Shown: positions 36,096-50,103 of the stretch, piece by piece
Layout: the number at the start of each line of letters is the position of its first letter
Numbering within the stretch: the stretch's first letter is position 1
NCBI GenBank assembly: GCA_965112155.1
Contig: OZ218100.1
DNA length: 64,000 bases
Reading direction: 5' to 3' (one strand)
From: Podarcis liolepis
Lineage: Eukaryota
The notes under the pieces: generated by a model
What the model was told of the DNA's origin: nothing
What the model saw: the letters and a program-made list of their open reading frames with translations, nothing else
Database searches by the model: none
Made by a program: the position numbers and the translations under genes

Positions 36096-37992
36096 CAAAC
36101 ACATTTCTGAAAACCCACAGACTGGCAGTTGCATACTTTGGAGAGTTTTTGCCATGGATGAAAATTAATTCAAGCACCAGATGGAGCGACCTGACAGCAC
36201 AAAGACCAAAATCCCATGGAATGCCATCTGCTACTAGTGGTCAGTTTGCCATACGGTCTGTGGCAAGTGGGGAAAAACCCCTTCCAAGAAGCAGCATAAG
36301 AAAAACACCCTCTGCACAGAGCAAATTACACAAATACCTCTATGAAATAAATAAAACAGTCTGAGCGGAGGGGAGATTGATATTGGCATCCCTGAAAGCG
36401 GAATAATGCGCAAATCTCTGGTGCTTTTCTGCACTGGACTTTGATCGATGCAGTGGGGTTTTCATATGTCCGCCTGTTAAGTTGTGACAAGTAATCGTGT
36501 GCTGATGACTGGAAGCAGGCAAGTTTAGGAGCAGTGGGACAGATCTAGGGATTGAGCTTCCCAGACTTTATCATCCTGTATTGAGTTTTGCAGCTCGGTT
36601 TGCTGCTTTTTCTTCTCCTGATTACTGTTAATCCAGTTCTTATTTGGGTTCCTTGTATCATGGTACAAATATTTGATAATAAATATTACTCAAAGCATTT
36701 GGAACACTTTTTAAACGCATTCTACAGCTGCAAATGTGTTAAAATTATGAATCTGCACTCTGGAGAAATATCAATAAGGAAGGAACCTATTGGACGCGCA
36801 GAGGAGGCATGATGGGAAACCGTAGAAGGAAAGGGAAGTTGGATTTTCTGTGCAGCTCCCCAGACTATTTCTAATTGGCCTTCTTGAATCCATCAGGATC
36901 TGCAAATAATCGCTTACTTGATGTGCTTTCAGCTCTGGCACTTCTTTTAACAAGAGGATGAAAAGCGAGTCCTACAATTCTCTCCTAGTGGAAAAAAGGG
37001 AAAAGACAAAGGCATAAAATAAAATAAAAACAGCCCAAACTATTGGAGTTTACATGAGGTGAATGTCTTTGTTTGAGAAGCTTAAAAGGTTCAGAGCATT
37101 TAAGGAACCACAAGAACACAACGACAGCTAAGTGCAAAGGGGCTTTTCTTTTCATGCCTGCATGTGGCTGTGAGTTGTGAGGAAGCAGGCAAGGCAGTGT
37201 GATAAACAGGGACTCCATTGGAAGTGGTGGGGAAGCCGCCAGCTGCAAAGGAAATGGGGCAGCCTTTGGATTGCAGAGACTGCTGGGTTGAACAGTGAGC
37301 AGTTGAGTTCAGAAAGGGCTTTCCCACCTGGCTTGGCACATTGGTAACTGCCCAGAACTCTGGTCTTCGGTCTCACGCGGTCTGTGTGCCTTTCCCCCCA
37401 CCCCTTTATGCAATCTATTTCAGCTTTAGCAGCGGAAATTTCATCTGACGGGGAAGATCTGCCAGAGGGTGGCTTTGAGGAAAGATGAATGTCCAAGATT
37501 TATGAACGTGTGAAAATCCAACTGAAGGAAATATTTTTAAAGCCTTAAGTTACTTGAAACCCACACATCTGCAAACCTTTGTCTCTGGAATCGCATCATG
37601 CTATACTGGAAATCTCAGGCTGTACGATGATTATATCCATTTGAGCAAAAAGACGGCTTGCCGTTTCCTTGAACGCCTCTTCTGCAGTAGCTGTTTCTCC
37701 AAAGGATAAGTGTACCCTCACTCCAATGACTCCAAATCAAAATGAACCTGGTTTTGTTTTGGTTTTTTTAAGCATTACGTTTTCTTAGCCGACTGTCGTC
37801 ATCTTTTATAGAGAAATTTTTCACTATGCATTTGGTGGATATTTATAAAAACTGACCTTCTCTCTCCTCCCCACTTCGTATTCTGATCTGTCGAAACTCT
37901 TGAGGTTATCAATAAAACAGAAGCGTCAGATTTACATTTTCTGCACTAGACATAGTACTTTCTTATGCCAAAAGGGAAATATATAGCAAAGC
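35929..37992 (+). other. TULP4: Long 5'UTR portion of the first coding exon of TULP4 (exon 35929-38244, 2316 nt)
   Basis: Strong acceptor TTCTTTATTTTTTATTTTACAG|AATTGG at 35928/35929; ~2 kb free of recognisable TEs up to the ATG; vertebrate TULP4 is known to have a large UTR-rich first coding exon. Confidence 0.6.
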
Positions 37993-38244
37993 ATGTATGC
38001 CGCAGTGGAACATGGGCCTGTTCTCTGTAGTGATTCCAACATCCTCTGCCTCTCTTGGAAAGGCAGGGTTCCTAAAAGTGAGAAGGAGAAGCCGGTATGC
38101 CGCAGGCGATATTATGAGGAAGGCTGGCTGGCGACGGGCAATGGCAGAGGAGTTGTGGGTGTTACGTTCACCTCCAGCCATTGTAGAAGAGACCGGAACA
38201 CTCCGCAACGCATCAACTTCAATTTAAGGGGCCACAACAGTGAG
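37993..38244 (+). CDS. TULP4: Tubby-related protein 4, first coding exon (codons 1-84, start of WD40 region)
   Basis: MYAAVEHGPVLCSDSNILCLSWKGRVPKSEKEKPVCRRRYYEEGWLATGNGRGVVGVTFTSSHCRRDRNTPQRINFNLRGHNSE is nearly identical to the recalled human TULP4 N-terminus; phase-0 donor GAG|GTGAGT at 38244/38245; next exon (VVLVRWNEPY...) not seen in the window. Confidence 0.97.
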
Positions 38245-40774
38245 GTGAGTAAATGCTAAGCTCTTAAGTTTCAGTTTAGAAAGGTGGACACAGTGGTTTG
38301 TTTTGTGCCAAATAGGTAGATTACAGAAAAGCCTTAGGAAAATAAATGGAATTGCTGCTTGCCATCGCCCCGCCTGCTTCAGTAAATAACTGTGATGGAT
38401 TAAAGTTTATTATCGGCAATGCCTTGCCGTAATCTTTACCTTGGTAATGCCTTGCTGTAATGTATGCATTGGTTGTCTTAAAAGAGAAAGCAGACGTAGC
38501 CCACATGGTCTCTACCTTCCCCAGATATTGTTGGACCCCAACTCCGTTCAGCCCCGGATAACTTGGCCAGTTGTCAGGGGCAAAGGAAGCTGGAGTCAAA
38601 CAACACCTGCAGGGCACTAAATTTGCTATGCTTGGGCTTACCTTTAGAGCAAGACCAAACAGGTTCCAAATAAAAAAGGAAATGCAAGATGCATGCCAAA
38701 GTTTGATCAGGAATGGTGCACGGTGAGGCCTATGCCCTCCCACTGCTATCCTCCTGGGCTCTCCTGACACCTGCACTTTGAACAACCTGTTTGCATAAGA
38801 ATATATAGGGACCAAAGTATACATCATAAAATGTGGGCTGTGTACAGGTGTGAAATCCAGTGTGTATATGTAAGGAACTGGGGATACAGTGGGCATGCCA
38901 GAGACAGGATGCTTTTGTGTTGCAAACTTCCATAGAAGTTGATTGGAGATGGCATATTGGGAACATCTACATCAGAATATAGGGTTTTGCTGTCAGCACC
39001 ATTCTGGTGTGTGAACTTTTAAGATCTGCTAATGTGCTACTCTAGTACTGCTCATCCCCAAGGGCATAAGCACTTCCTTATTTTTATTTTTATTTTCTGG
39101 AGGCAAACAAAAGTACTATTGTTGTACCAGGTCTTTTGAGAATGAAGCCTTTGTGCAGTGAAACTCATGTTCCAAGATATGAGGACTGATTCTGCAACTG
39201 TTTTGTTTGCTTTTTGATCCTACTGGTTTTGTTTTTGTATTTAATTTATTACTGCCTGCTTGTATTAGTTATATTTTTCTATTCTTATGCTGTAAAAAAT
39301 CGTATTGGCTATAATTACAGGAAAATGTGGGCATAGTGTCCCTTAGAATCTGTTTGTAAAATGCAGGTGGAAATTAAATGCTGCTGAATACTTTATAGTA
39401 TAGTAGAATTATAATGGAAAGCATTCCAATAAAAGCCACTTGTAGAAACCTGCCTCAATCATGCTCCTCTCCAATTCTAGGGAAGACCCTCTGATAACAG
39501 ATTACATAGAATGCCTGGAACAGAGACCTCTTAAATGACTCATAGAGCCATAAGCAATTGAATATGACAGCCTCCACAGTGCAGCTGTAGTGGTGCTTTT
39601 TCTTAAAAAACAAAACAAAACCACTACTGCAAGGTAATTAGATTTAAATAATGGTTAGAGCCTGAAACTGAAAAATGGCTTATTCTTACGAGCAATCCAA
39701 AAGTCTCTTTAAAAATGGCACACACGTACCAATATAAAAATGTGTGGAATGAAGCATAGTTTTTTGTTGTATTTTGTGAGATAATGCTTCATTCTAAAGC
39801 AGACTTATGCTAACCCTAACTTGGTTTAAAAGCTTTTATGAGCTTGATTTAAAGCAAGGTCCAAAATGGCCATAAAAGTACTGTTTTAGATTTTGATCAG
39901 GGGCAATCTTGATTGATATATAGAAATTTAGCATGGGAGTTTAACATAAGAGACCAGGCATCAAATCACAGCTCATCCATGAACACGCCTGGTTTGCGCA
40001 TAGCACTTATACCATACTTTAATTTGATCGCCAGAACCCAGCCCAGCAGCTAAACCATAGTTTCTTAACCACAGACAAACCATGTTCGTAAATTGTTGTT
40101 GGTTTATAAAGCTTGATTCATGTTAACTATAGCTTAGTGTTATGTGCAAACCAGGCCATTGGATGGCTTTATCAAGTCCATTATCCCTCAGCTTCCAATT
40201 TCCATTTACAAAGTGGAAATAATGATGTATAGACGAATGTCTTGTATGTACAAAGGGTTGTAATGAATTCAGTACAGAATGATGTCATAAAAATGACATC
40301 CAGTTGATTTCTCTGTCCCACGCTGTTACAGAAGGCCACCCAAAGCTCAGGAGAAGCTTATAGGGGTCTGTTGGGTAGGAGGAACTGGTGGAAATCAGGG
40401 GCTGTGCCTTGCATCAGCAGAAGTGCTTCTCCTAGTTCAGCCTTCCCCAACCTGGGGACCTCCAGAGGTTTTGCACTACAACTCCCATCAGCCTCAGACA
40501 GCATGGCGGATGATGGCAATGATGGAAACTGTAGCCAGAAACATCTGGGAGATACCGAGAGTGGCGTACAACGTAATCATAAAGCCAAATAATATAATTG
40601 CATTTTTAATATGTGTATTAGAGGAATTGGCCAAACAGTGGCAGACAATTTCAACTAATTAAAGAGCAGTCCCCAGTCCCATCCCCCTCATTGCTGAGAT
40701 TCTAACAAGTTGTGGCTTTTGCCTGCTCTTCTGTTTAGGGCTGAGATGAATACACAGGATTCTAGTACAATTCT

Positions 40775-41452
40775 AAAAGGATCTAGGAGTCTTGGTTGAC
40801 CACAAACTTGACATGAGCCAACAGTGTGACGCGGCAGCTAAAAAAGCCAATGCAATTCTGGGCCTCATCAATAGGAGTATAGCATCTAGATCAAGGGAAG
40901 TAATAGTGCCACTGTATTCTGCTCTGGTCAGACCTCACCTGGAGTACTGTGTCCAGCTCTGGGCACCACAATTCAAGAAGGACACTGACAAACTGGAACG
41001 TGTCCAGAAGAGGGCAACCAAAATGGTCAAAGGCCTGGAAACGATGCCTTATGAGGAACGGTTAAGGGAGCTGGGCATGTTTAGCCTGGAGAAGAGGAGG
41101 TTAAGGGGTGATATGATAGCCATGTTCAAATATATAAAAGGATGTCACATAGAGGAGGGAGAAAGGCTGTTTTCTGCTGCTCCAGAGAAGCGGACACGGA
41201 GCAATGGATCCAAACTACAAGAAAGAAGATTCCACCTAAACATTAGGAAGAACTTCCTGACAGTAAGAGCTGTTCGACAGTGGAATTTGCTGCCAAGGAG
41301 TGTGGTGGAGTCTCCTACTTTGGAGGTCTTTAAGCAGAGGCTTGACAACCATATGTCAGGAGTGCTCTGATGGTGTTTCCTGCTTGGCAGGGGGTTGGAC
41401 TCGATGGCCCTTGTGGTCTCTTCCAACTCTATGATTCTATGATTCTGTGATT
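40775..41452 (+). mobile_element. CR1 LINE, 5'-truncated young copy (ORF2 C-terminus plus 3'UTR)
   Basis: Uninterrupted ORF 40792-41370 with [45 protein letters not shown]; CR1 tail with (ATTCTATG)n. Confidence 0.95.
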
Positions 41453-43239
41453 GCTTGGAATGAAAAAGCCATGGGGAATCTAGAGAATAAGACAGAGGGT
41501 TGTATCCAATGCTAGCCCTACTCATCATAGGACCATTGAAATTAATGAACATGACTATTTTTAGTCAATTGATAATCAATTAATTGTATACCACCCTTCA
41601 TCCTGTAGATCTCAGGGCAGTTCACAACATAAAAGTACACTATAAAACCACAAAATACAGAATAAAAATAAGAGCAAAAACAAACCGATACTCTGCCCTC
41701 CCACAACACGTTTAAAAGGGTAGTGGATGTTAATTAGCCAAAGGCATGGTTGAAGAGGAACACCTGGTGCTTAAAAGTGTATGATGAAGGCACCAGCCAA
41801 ACTGCTCAACTCTGAGTGAAACTTGGTTGGATACAAGCCAGAAAGTACAAGTGAGTTGGAATCATGGTTGTTTGGGAGAGATTGAGTGGGGAGGCAGAAT
41901 GAAAAGGTTATTGTTTGGATTTGGGATGTATAAGAAAGTAGTGTTAGGGGCTACACTGGGGAAGAATGCTGAGAGTGACCACCAGAGAGCGAATTACTTG
42001 GCTTGGAATTACTTGTAGCTTGGAGAAGATGCGGCTCTGAGGTCCTACAATTGGTGCTCGTGTGAAGATTTTTGAAGGATTGGTTTTGCTCACACATTTT
42101 TTTAAAAATAAAAAATATGCTGTTTCTGATTATTTAACAGTGTTTTGTAGAGTTCTGTATGCTTGCCTGAGAAATCTGTCCTACTAAAATAGAGCGTGAG
42201 GTTCTGCATATGTCTTCCCAGTGGCTCCTGTCTACGTGCAAGTGACTTCATGTTTTTGTGAATTAAACCAAAATTGTTAGCATGTTCAGCAAAACGGAAA
42301 ACTAATTTGCTTTTAACTTCTGCTCAACTGTTAAAACTGATTTCTGGGAGTGAGTCTACACAGGCCGACATTAATTTCTGTGAAGGGTCGGAGAATACTA
42401 AGAAGGCCTTTTGGCCAGGGAGATGCAACCTACCTACCTGCTTGCTTTTGTGAGAGATCCTTCAACATGAGAACAAATCTGACCATATCTTGGAACATTT
42501 TACAAAACCTGAATTATACAATCTACCAGTTATCCCAGGGGAGAAGTACTGAGGATGAAGGCTGCATTTCTGAGCCGTAATAGCTAGAAAACAATTCCAC
42601 CTTGATTAAAGTGACTTGTTTAAATATGAAATCTAATAGTTTAAATGGTTAAGAACCCAATTAAACACCAGAAACAGTTCGCAGTGTAATTGATCACAGT
42701 CCTCCGAATAATTGCCTGTCGGTACAATAGCTGTTTTGTTCTAGGACAGGGAGCAAATTCTATAGGCCCTTGTCCTTGTACTAATAATAAATAAGCTCTT
42801 GGTTAATCTCTCAGAGTGTAATTGTTTCATGAGAGCAGTACGAAGAAGAGCTTTGTCTTGAGTCTTCCTGTTTTACCACCTTAGAACTGACAAATATTTT
42901 TCTCCTCGTGAATGAAGGGAACCAAAACTCAACATCCATCCAAAATGCCTTATGCAGAAGATACACCAAAGTATAAGCACACACAGCGCATGCATCAACA
43001 CGGGCTTGTTTCACACTAATAGCTTATCTCCTTCCAATTTTTCTTACTAATTTTTCTTTGCCTTGTTACCTCTTTGGGCCTTTCTCTCCTGCAAGTAGAA
43101 ATATTGAGGTATACTTGCAATTAAGAGGTGTAGGTGAGACATAGGTTTACTAGCTTAATGAGAACTAGACTGTAGTCTAAAGCTATGCTTCTAAACCCAC
43201 ATGCCTGTGCTATTTTGTGCTTTGTTTTTCCTTACACAG

Positions 43240-43800
43240 AAGAAATGCTATAGCAAATGCTGCTTAGAGGTAAATGTTAAATCCTGCCTTTTGGAACCAG
43301 GAAACAAAATCTCCAATATAGGATGGGTAAACCAGGCATGGCAGCAGTACACATGAAAGGCATCTAGGGGACTTAGCTGATCATAAACTGAACATGGGCC
43401 AGCGACGCAATGTGAGTGATAAAAAGCTAATGCAGTATTAAGCTGCATTAATGGGAGCAGAATATGAAAAGTAATAGTTCCACTCTGTTCTGTACTGCAT
43501 CTGAAGTACGGTGTTCTGAGTTCCACATTGTAAGACATTGTAATGTACAGACATTAGATTGATCATGTCATTCCTGCATGTCCAGAGGAAGGTGTCCAAG
43601 ATGGCGAGGAGTGTGAAAATTAAGTCCTTTGAGGAACAGTTGAAAGAGTTGGGTGTGGTTGGTGTGGCGTGACAGGGGCGTTCGGATGTCGGAAGGGCTG
43701 TTCTGCAGAATATGTTGCTCCAGTGCACAGGAAACAGGTAGAAATTGCATTGAAGCAAGTTTCAACGAAATGTTAGGAGAAATTTTCAGTTGTGGAACTC
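43240..43800 (+). mobile_element. Old degenerate CR1 fragment
   Basis: CTGCATCTGAAGTACGGTGTTCTG..., CATGTCCAGAGGAAGGTGTCCAAGATGG resemble the 40775 copy, with many indels. Confidence 0.65.
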
Positions 43801-44136
43801 CTTTCCATGAGAGATTAGATTGGCTCCCTTTTAAGCTTTTAAGTGAGTTGCTGAGACTTTGTTGTATTTTGCTTGGCTTTTTATCTGGTTTGAATGTTTG
43901 ATCTCTATTCTTGCGTTTTGGCTAATTTTGTTCTGGACTTGGTTTGACTGGATGTTGTCATGTTTTCTTTCCGTCTTCTTGTGAGCCGCTTTAGAGAAAG
44001 GCCTAAAAGGTCAGATACAAATGATTTCAAAAATATTATTAAACTGAATTAATAAATAATCACTACATCTAAAAGAATATATACAATGTATCAAAATGTT
44101 TGAGCAAAATTTGATCAGATTTGTAGGAAACCAGAA

Positions 44137-44188
<52 letters not shown>
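44137..44188. repeat. (TG)n(AG)n compound microsatellite
   Basis: Directly visible. Confidence 0.95.
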
Positions 44189-44191
<3 letters not shown>

Positions 44192-47100
44192 ATAGGACAG
44201 AAATATGCATAAGCAATAAGTGTTTCATGCTATTGGTATCTTAGGCCATCTTGCCAACAGGCAGGTGCGGTCTTCATTCAGTTGTTTTGACTTTTTAAAT
44301 AGTATTCTGTCAGTTTATACAGCCTAATTCTGACAGGTATCTAAAGAGTACATAACTAGAACCCTCCAGGGCTTCTTAAATACAAGACCTAGAATATATA
44401 GAAAAACGTTATTTGGATGCTACTATTTTGGCAGTCCAAAAAGGTCTTGGATTGTAGGCTAAGGGAGGTCTTCAGAACAATAATCTGAAAATGCTAGAAG
44501 AGCACCTACCAGAAGAAATCAGAAACTGGGATGCTGTTGAAATCTGTGATACCTTTCCTATGACTTAAGGGCAATCAATATTTCTGTGTAGATCCACTAG
44601 ATGGTAGCTTCTCTCTCCGACCTCTGGAGCGCTCCACAAGCTCCACGTCCTTCCTAGTCCACACCCCTCACCACCCCCTGGCTGGAATGTGTCCTTGAAC
44701 TATGATAATGTCTAGCTTGCCTGGATGGAGGTGTGTGCATGTGTGCTTTCAGAAACACTTTTGCATGACTGGAACATAGCACAGTGTACATGTCAAAGTC
44801 ACATATGTTGTATTGCCCCCTTTTCACCTCTCACCCCACCCACCACTAGCATATGACTTTGGAAGATTCCCCACAAGAGAATGTAACCCTCCAGCTGCAG
44901 AATGTTTCCAACCCTGATTTAACGGTTGGATATGGAAAGGAGGGGAAATGTATGTCTGTGTGCTGCAAAGAGGAGGGTTAACCAATAAGGCCCCCTCTGC
45001 AAATTTTGATTCCTTACGAGATACCATTGCTAAGGAGTCAGAAGTAAATTCTACTCATGTACAGGGTTGTCATAATTTGTGCTGACTATAAACAGGAGCT
45101 GCATTGACCAATAACTCCTAAGAAATTGGCAATTTCAGAGATACCTTTATGGATCTGATCTTAGAAACTAAGCAGGCTCCATCCCGACCTTTGTCTGGAT
45201 GGGAGACCACCTGGGGATGCTAGCTGTCCACAGGCACAGAAAGCAGGGAAGTAGATTGCTACATGAACTAAATTGAGTACAGGGGTGGGGACGAGGACAA
45301 GGGGAAGGCTTTGATATATGAACAGCAAGAAGTTGGCAGCAGGGAGTTAATGTATCAACAGAACGTGCAGAAAAGATGAGGTGGCTATGCAATTACCGGT
45401 AAAATGTGATTTATGCTTAGTGCATCGCATTCATGTCCCACTGAAGATAATTATAAAATTGGTGTAGGTTTCACTAGTACAAATTCTTTGGCCAGTTGTG
45501 CTTTAAATCATAAATGCCTGCATGTACATAGGCTCCATTTGTCACAGGCCTTTTACTTTAAATTGGTTTCATAACCAGGGAAGATCTTATTATTGCTTTT
45601 ATCATGTTTTATATCAAGACATAACTATTTTTTTCCATAGAGTTTCTTTGACCATTATGGCTAGCTTTTTACTGAGATTGGGCCAGCTTCAATAACCTAG
45701 TGGTGCATGAATGTGTGCTTACTCTGTCTTCATTCGGGAATATGTTCATTTAAAATTTCTTTCTGCATTCCCCACTGTCCTTTTCCTGCATCAGTGGTGT
45801 ATTTGGTTGGGGCATGTTCACCATGACCCTTAGAAGAGACATGGGACTGATGAGACTTGAGACCTAGAGAACCAGGAAGTACTGAGGCAAAAGAGATGGC
45901 TGTGTCTCTTTTGGAAGTTTGGAGGGAGGAAAGAGAGATACCCATCGTTCACAGTACCATTAGGAAATGCAGTGTAAAAGAAAGAGAGTATGGAGCCAGC
46001 CACTTCTCCCCCAGCCTCAAAGTCCCTACAGTCAGAAGGCTCTGGTTGTTTCAGAACATGTTTCAATCCTGTTTTTCCCCCTGGTGGAATTTCAACCTTT
46101 TGTTCTCTCACTTTTTACAAAGCATCCACATTAAATCCTCTGCATTTCAGTGTTTCTAACTATCCCTTGTTTTCCTCTGATTTGTGGTGTGTGCTTACAT
46201 GTCACAATTTGCAAAAAACATGTGTATAGCATAGCCTTTGCCAATCTGGTGCCTTCCAGATATTTTGGACTACATCTTTGTGAGATTTTTCATCATATGT
46301 CAAGGATGGAACCTGAAATCTTGCTTGCACATCACTGATCTCAGCTGGCTGTTCCTTCACTAAATGCTTCCAATGGTTAGAATGGTTCCAAGTGGACTTG
46401 CTTGTCTGGAGGTGCTGATGTGGTAGATTAGCCACCTTTTTTTCGAAATAAAGTGAATGAAAAACTAATGGTGGTTCTACTGCATAAAGAGGCATAGTTT
46501 AAAAATGCTAACAGACCATACGTAATGCTACAATGCTACCGTCTGTTTTGCAAAACATATCTTTGGAGCATTTGCAGCAGAAATCAACAACAGCTGTTGT
46601 GTACTGCAACCAGGGGGAATGAGAAACCGAAGGCTAACTCAGGAGACAACAAGGATGAAGTCAAAAATAGAAAGAATGAGGTCAGTGTGTAGTGCAGCAC
46701 AAGGTAAATTAAATACAAAGGTTGATTTGGTTAAGTAGATGAACAATTGCCTGAGGACAGTGGGGACTGAGCATCTCAATAGTGTTACAAACCATCCACA
46801 GTGTTTTGGACTGTCCATGCATAAGCCAGAATTGTTCATACATTATTTCCAAGGCAGAATAAAATGCAACATGGAGCTCTGTGAATCCAAACATCATAAG
46901 AGAAGAGGGATACACCCTTTAGGAAGATCTTTCTCTGCAGTGGTGTCCCAAATGTGGAATTCCCTTCCACTGGAGGTGCAGTTGGTGCTTCCAGCACCGA
47001 GTGAGAACATACCTGTTCACCCTGGCCCTTCATGGAATTGTTTAGATTGTGGAAGCCCTGGGTGTATGGGTGTATTATGTTTGCTGCTGTTATTTGCCCA

Positions 47101-50100
47101 TTTTGTATGGCATTATTTTAAACGGTTGCTTTGTTTCATGGTTTTAATTGTGCTTTATTAATTCCTTGTAAACCACCCAGGAATCTTTCCAGATGAAGGG
47201 TAGCCTTGAAGTTTAAATAAAATAAAATATCCCCATTTCCCTTAATGGGCCCATCTGTGTTCCACAACGACCTTATTGCCCCTACCCAGAATGCTGATGA
47301 TTGGGAGGCCCCCGTTGCCCTCCCTAAGCTTGTTAAAATGCATGTGCTTCTCATAAAGGGAAAGAATAAGAACACCAGGAGCTATATAACACAACACCCA
47401 GGTGTTTTTAAAGTAATATATAGCAGCTGTTAAAAAGAGGAATACTATGCCAGTTATTAAAAGCAAAGCATCGCAACCCAATGCAGTAGCAATTTATCAA
47501 CAAAACAGACCTCCAGAATTGCCCAAAAGAAGGTCTTTCCTACCATGGCAGGTGGTGGTGGCATGACTTCTTTCCTAGCTCTCACCTAGACCAGTGTTAA
47601 TCTTGATTGTAACCCTACATTCACATAAGAAGGAGCATGCTCAACAATGAAAATCCACTTTTAGCTGAGGGTGACAGGGATTGAACCCGAGAACTTCTGT
47701 ATTCAAAACATTTCCTTTTGTATGGAGCTTGCACTCTGTTCTTAGGATATTGAGTAAGGACTTCCCACAGCCATCTCAAAGTTCCTGTGGCTGGTCTGCA
47801 AATGGACTGCTGTTGAACGAGACTGCAGTGATCTTGGGGAGATAGCCGTTTCTGCAGAAGTCACCACTGTGGTGCTGATGCTCAACACTAGATATTATAC
47901 TTAGTAGAACAGTGTTCTAGAGGGAGGTAGAAAGCAGTGATATCTGATGCAAAGACAGGCAGGCACTGCCTTCCTCTTTTCTGAGATCTCTACAGTGTTA
48001 GAAACTCAAGTATATAAGCTAGGCACCAAATGGCATCTTGAATCTAGGTTGCAGTCACCACAACGGAATGTCTATTCACTGCGGGGTTCAACTAAATCAC
48101 CCTCGGGGTCCCTTCCAACGCTATGATCTCAGCTATATTGCTTGACTGTAGCTTGCTCTTACAACAATTCACTTGTCCCAGTTTAGGAAGGAGAAACACA
48201 CACAGTGGAAATGGAAACGATATTAACGATGGACTAAGGAAGAGGTTTTTAAACTGTGGCTGCCAAGCTGGCACCCAGAAATCTCCACGTAGTCGCAATT
48301 GGACCTGCCAGCCAGTAGCAAAATGTGTCTGGCACCAGGCTCATTTCAAACACTGCTCACCAACTAGAAGGGCTAGAAGCTTATTTTCATGTTCGTTCTA
48401 AATGAAACATGAAGTTGGTAGGAAGATGACCCACTCCCCACCACACAACAGTCCGTGGTGTCTCTTCAGCTTACACATAATTGTGGTTTACTCACAGTCC
48501 TACCTGTGGCTGAGTTTTGGTATGACCTGCTCTCTGTGTGCTGTGTTAGGTATTCACATTTTTCAGAGAGGGCTCTTAAATGCAGACACTTGAGAAGTAC
48601 AGCTATGAAAAGGAGGCAGTGTGAATGTAGGTTTTCATCACTGATAAAGTGAGGTGTGTTGTGCCAATGATGAAACACAACTTTCTAAAAGCAAATATGT
48701 ATAGTCCTATGAAGGACAGTGCTGTAATCTTGTAATGGTTTAATCTTTTTTGAAGTAATGCTTCTAGTCAGTTGCCAGAGATATTTACATCCTGTTTTGC
48801 TTTTAGATTATTGAATCGTTTCCAGGACAATGATAGGCAGACATCTTGCAAAAACAAACAAAATAAGCAGAACATCTTTCTGTGTAGCATTGCTTCACTC
48901 CAGCGCATCACCCATTTCTTGAATAATGTGAGTTTGCTAAACTTCCTTCGTCCTCTGATAATCGGCATACACTTTTCTGCTTGGAGAAAATTCCATTTAT
49001 TTAGGATACATTCCATTTCCTATCAGTGCTCACTGCAAAAACATTTATTTTAAGCTATTGTGAACTTTCTATTCATTATTTATTTATTTATTGTTATATT
49101 TATAGCTTTTTTTCCAAGGAATTCAAGGCAGCCTGCATGGTTCGCCTCCTTCCTAATTTTATCTTGACAATCACTCTGTGAGGTACGTTAGGCTAGGAGA
49201 CAGTGACAGGCCCAAGGTCACATAGTGTGCTTCATGGCTGAGTGGGGTTTTGAACCCTGTTCTTCCAGGTTCTAGTCCAGCACTCTAACCACAACACCAT
49301 GCTGGAACCCTTAGTTTCTTCTGGCATTAAAAGACCTAGTCCTGTCAAGCCAGGAGACAGAGCACATATATGTGGGCAGCTTCTGTAGCATTGCATTAAT
49401 AATAATACAGCATTGCTATATCTCTAGAAAAGCAGCACCAATCTGAGCTTACATCTCCACCAAGTGCTAGAGAAACAGCTGGGGTAGCCACAGTGTTCGG
49501 CAATGTAGAGTACTCACTCTTCACGCCACACAAAGGGTGGCTTGGGAGAGCACATATGATGGCAGTTGGAGTTTTTGTACATAGTATTTACAGCAGGCAT
49601 GCAAGATCCAGTTGTCAAGACAAGAATGCAGGAGTCAGTCCAAAGCTTGGCAGACAGAAGCAAGGGGGTGGTTGGGAAAAGCAGCCAAAAGGATACTAGG
49701 TAGTTCCAGACTGTCTAGACTAGTAGTGGAGCCATTTTTCTAGCAAAGATCTCAGTGAACTAGGCCAAGGCCAGTTTATACATTCAGCAGAAAACAAATG
49801 GCAATTTCCCCTTCCTTGGACTGAGTTCTTTCAGGTTGCAAGTAAAGGAGGATTGCTTTTTTGCTGTCGCATTAAAGTACCTACTACATATAGGAAACAA
49901 GAGATGGGTTCATCCCAACCTTCTTCCTGATTATGCTCTTTTTCTCTGGGCAGGAAACTTCTTTTTTTCCTTCTAGGCAGTACACATGCAATCCCTTCCT
50001 CACTTGCAGTCTGAAGCATTTCAGTCAGAGAAAGTCTTTACTATATAAATAAAAAATGGGAGTTAGAAGAATCATACAAACACATCATATTCCCAGAGGT

Positions 50101-50103
50101 CAC

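Noticed and set aside
38245-38259. ORF-track extension VSKC-stop of TULP4
   Set aside because: Read-through into the intron past the GTGAGT donor
38321-38896. 191-aa - strand ORF
   Set aside because: No recognisable homology; spans a degenerate hAT MITE (~38510-38640); likely chance
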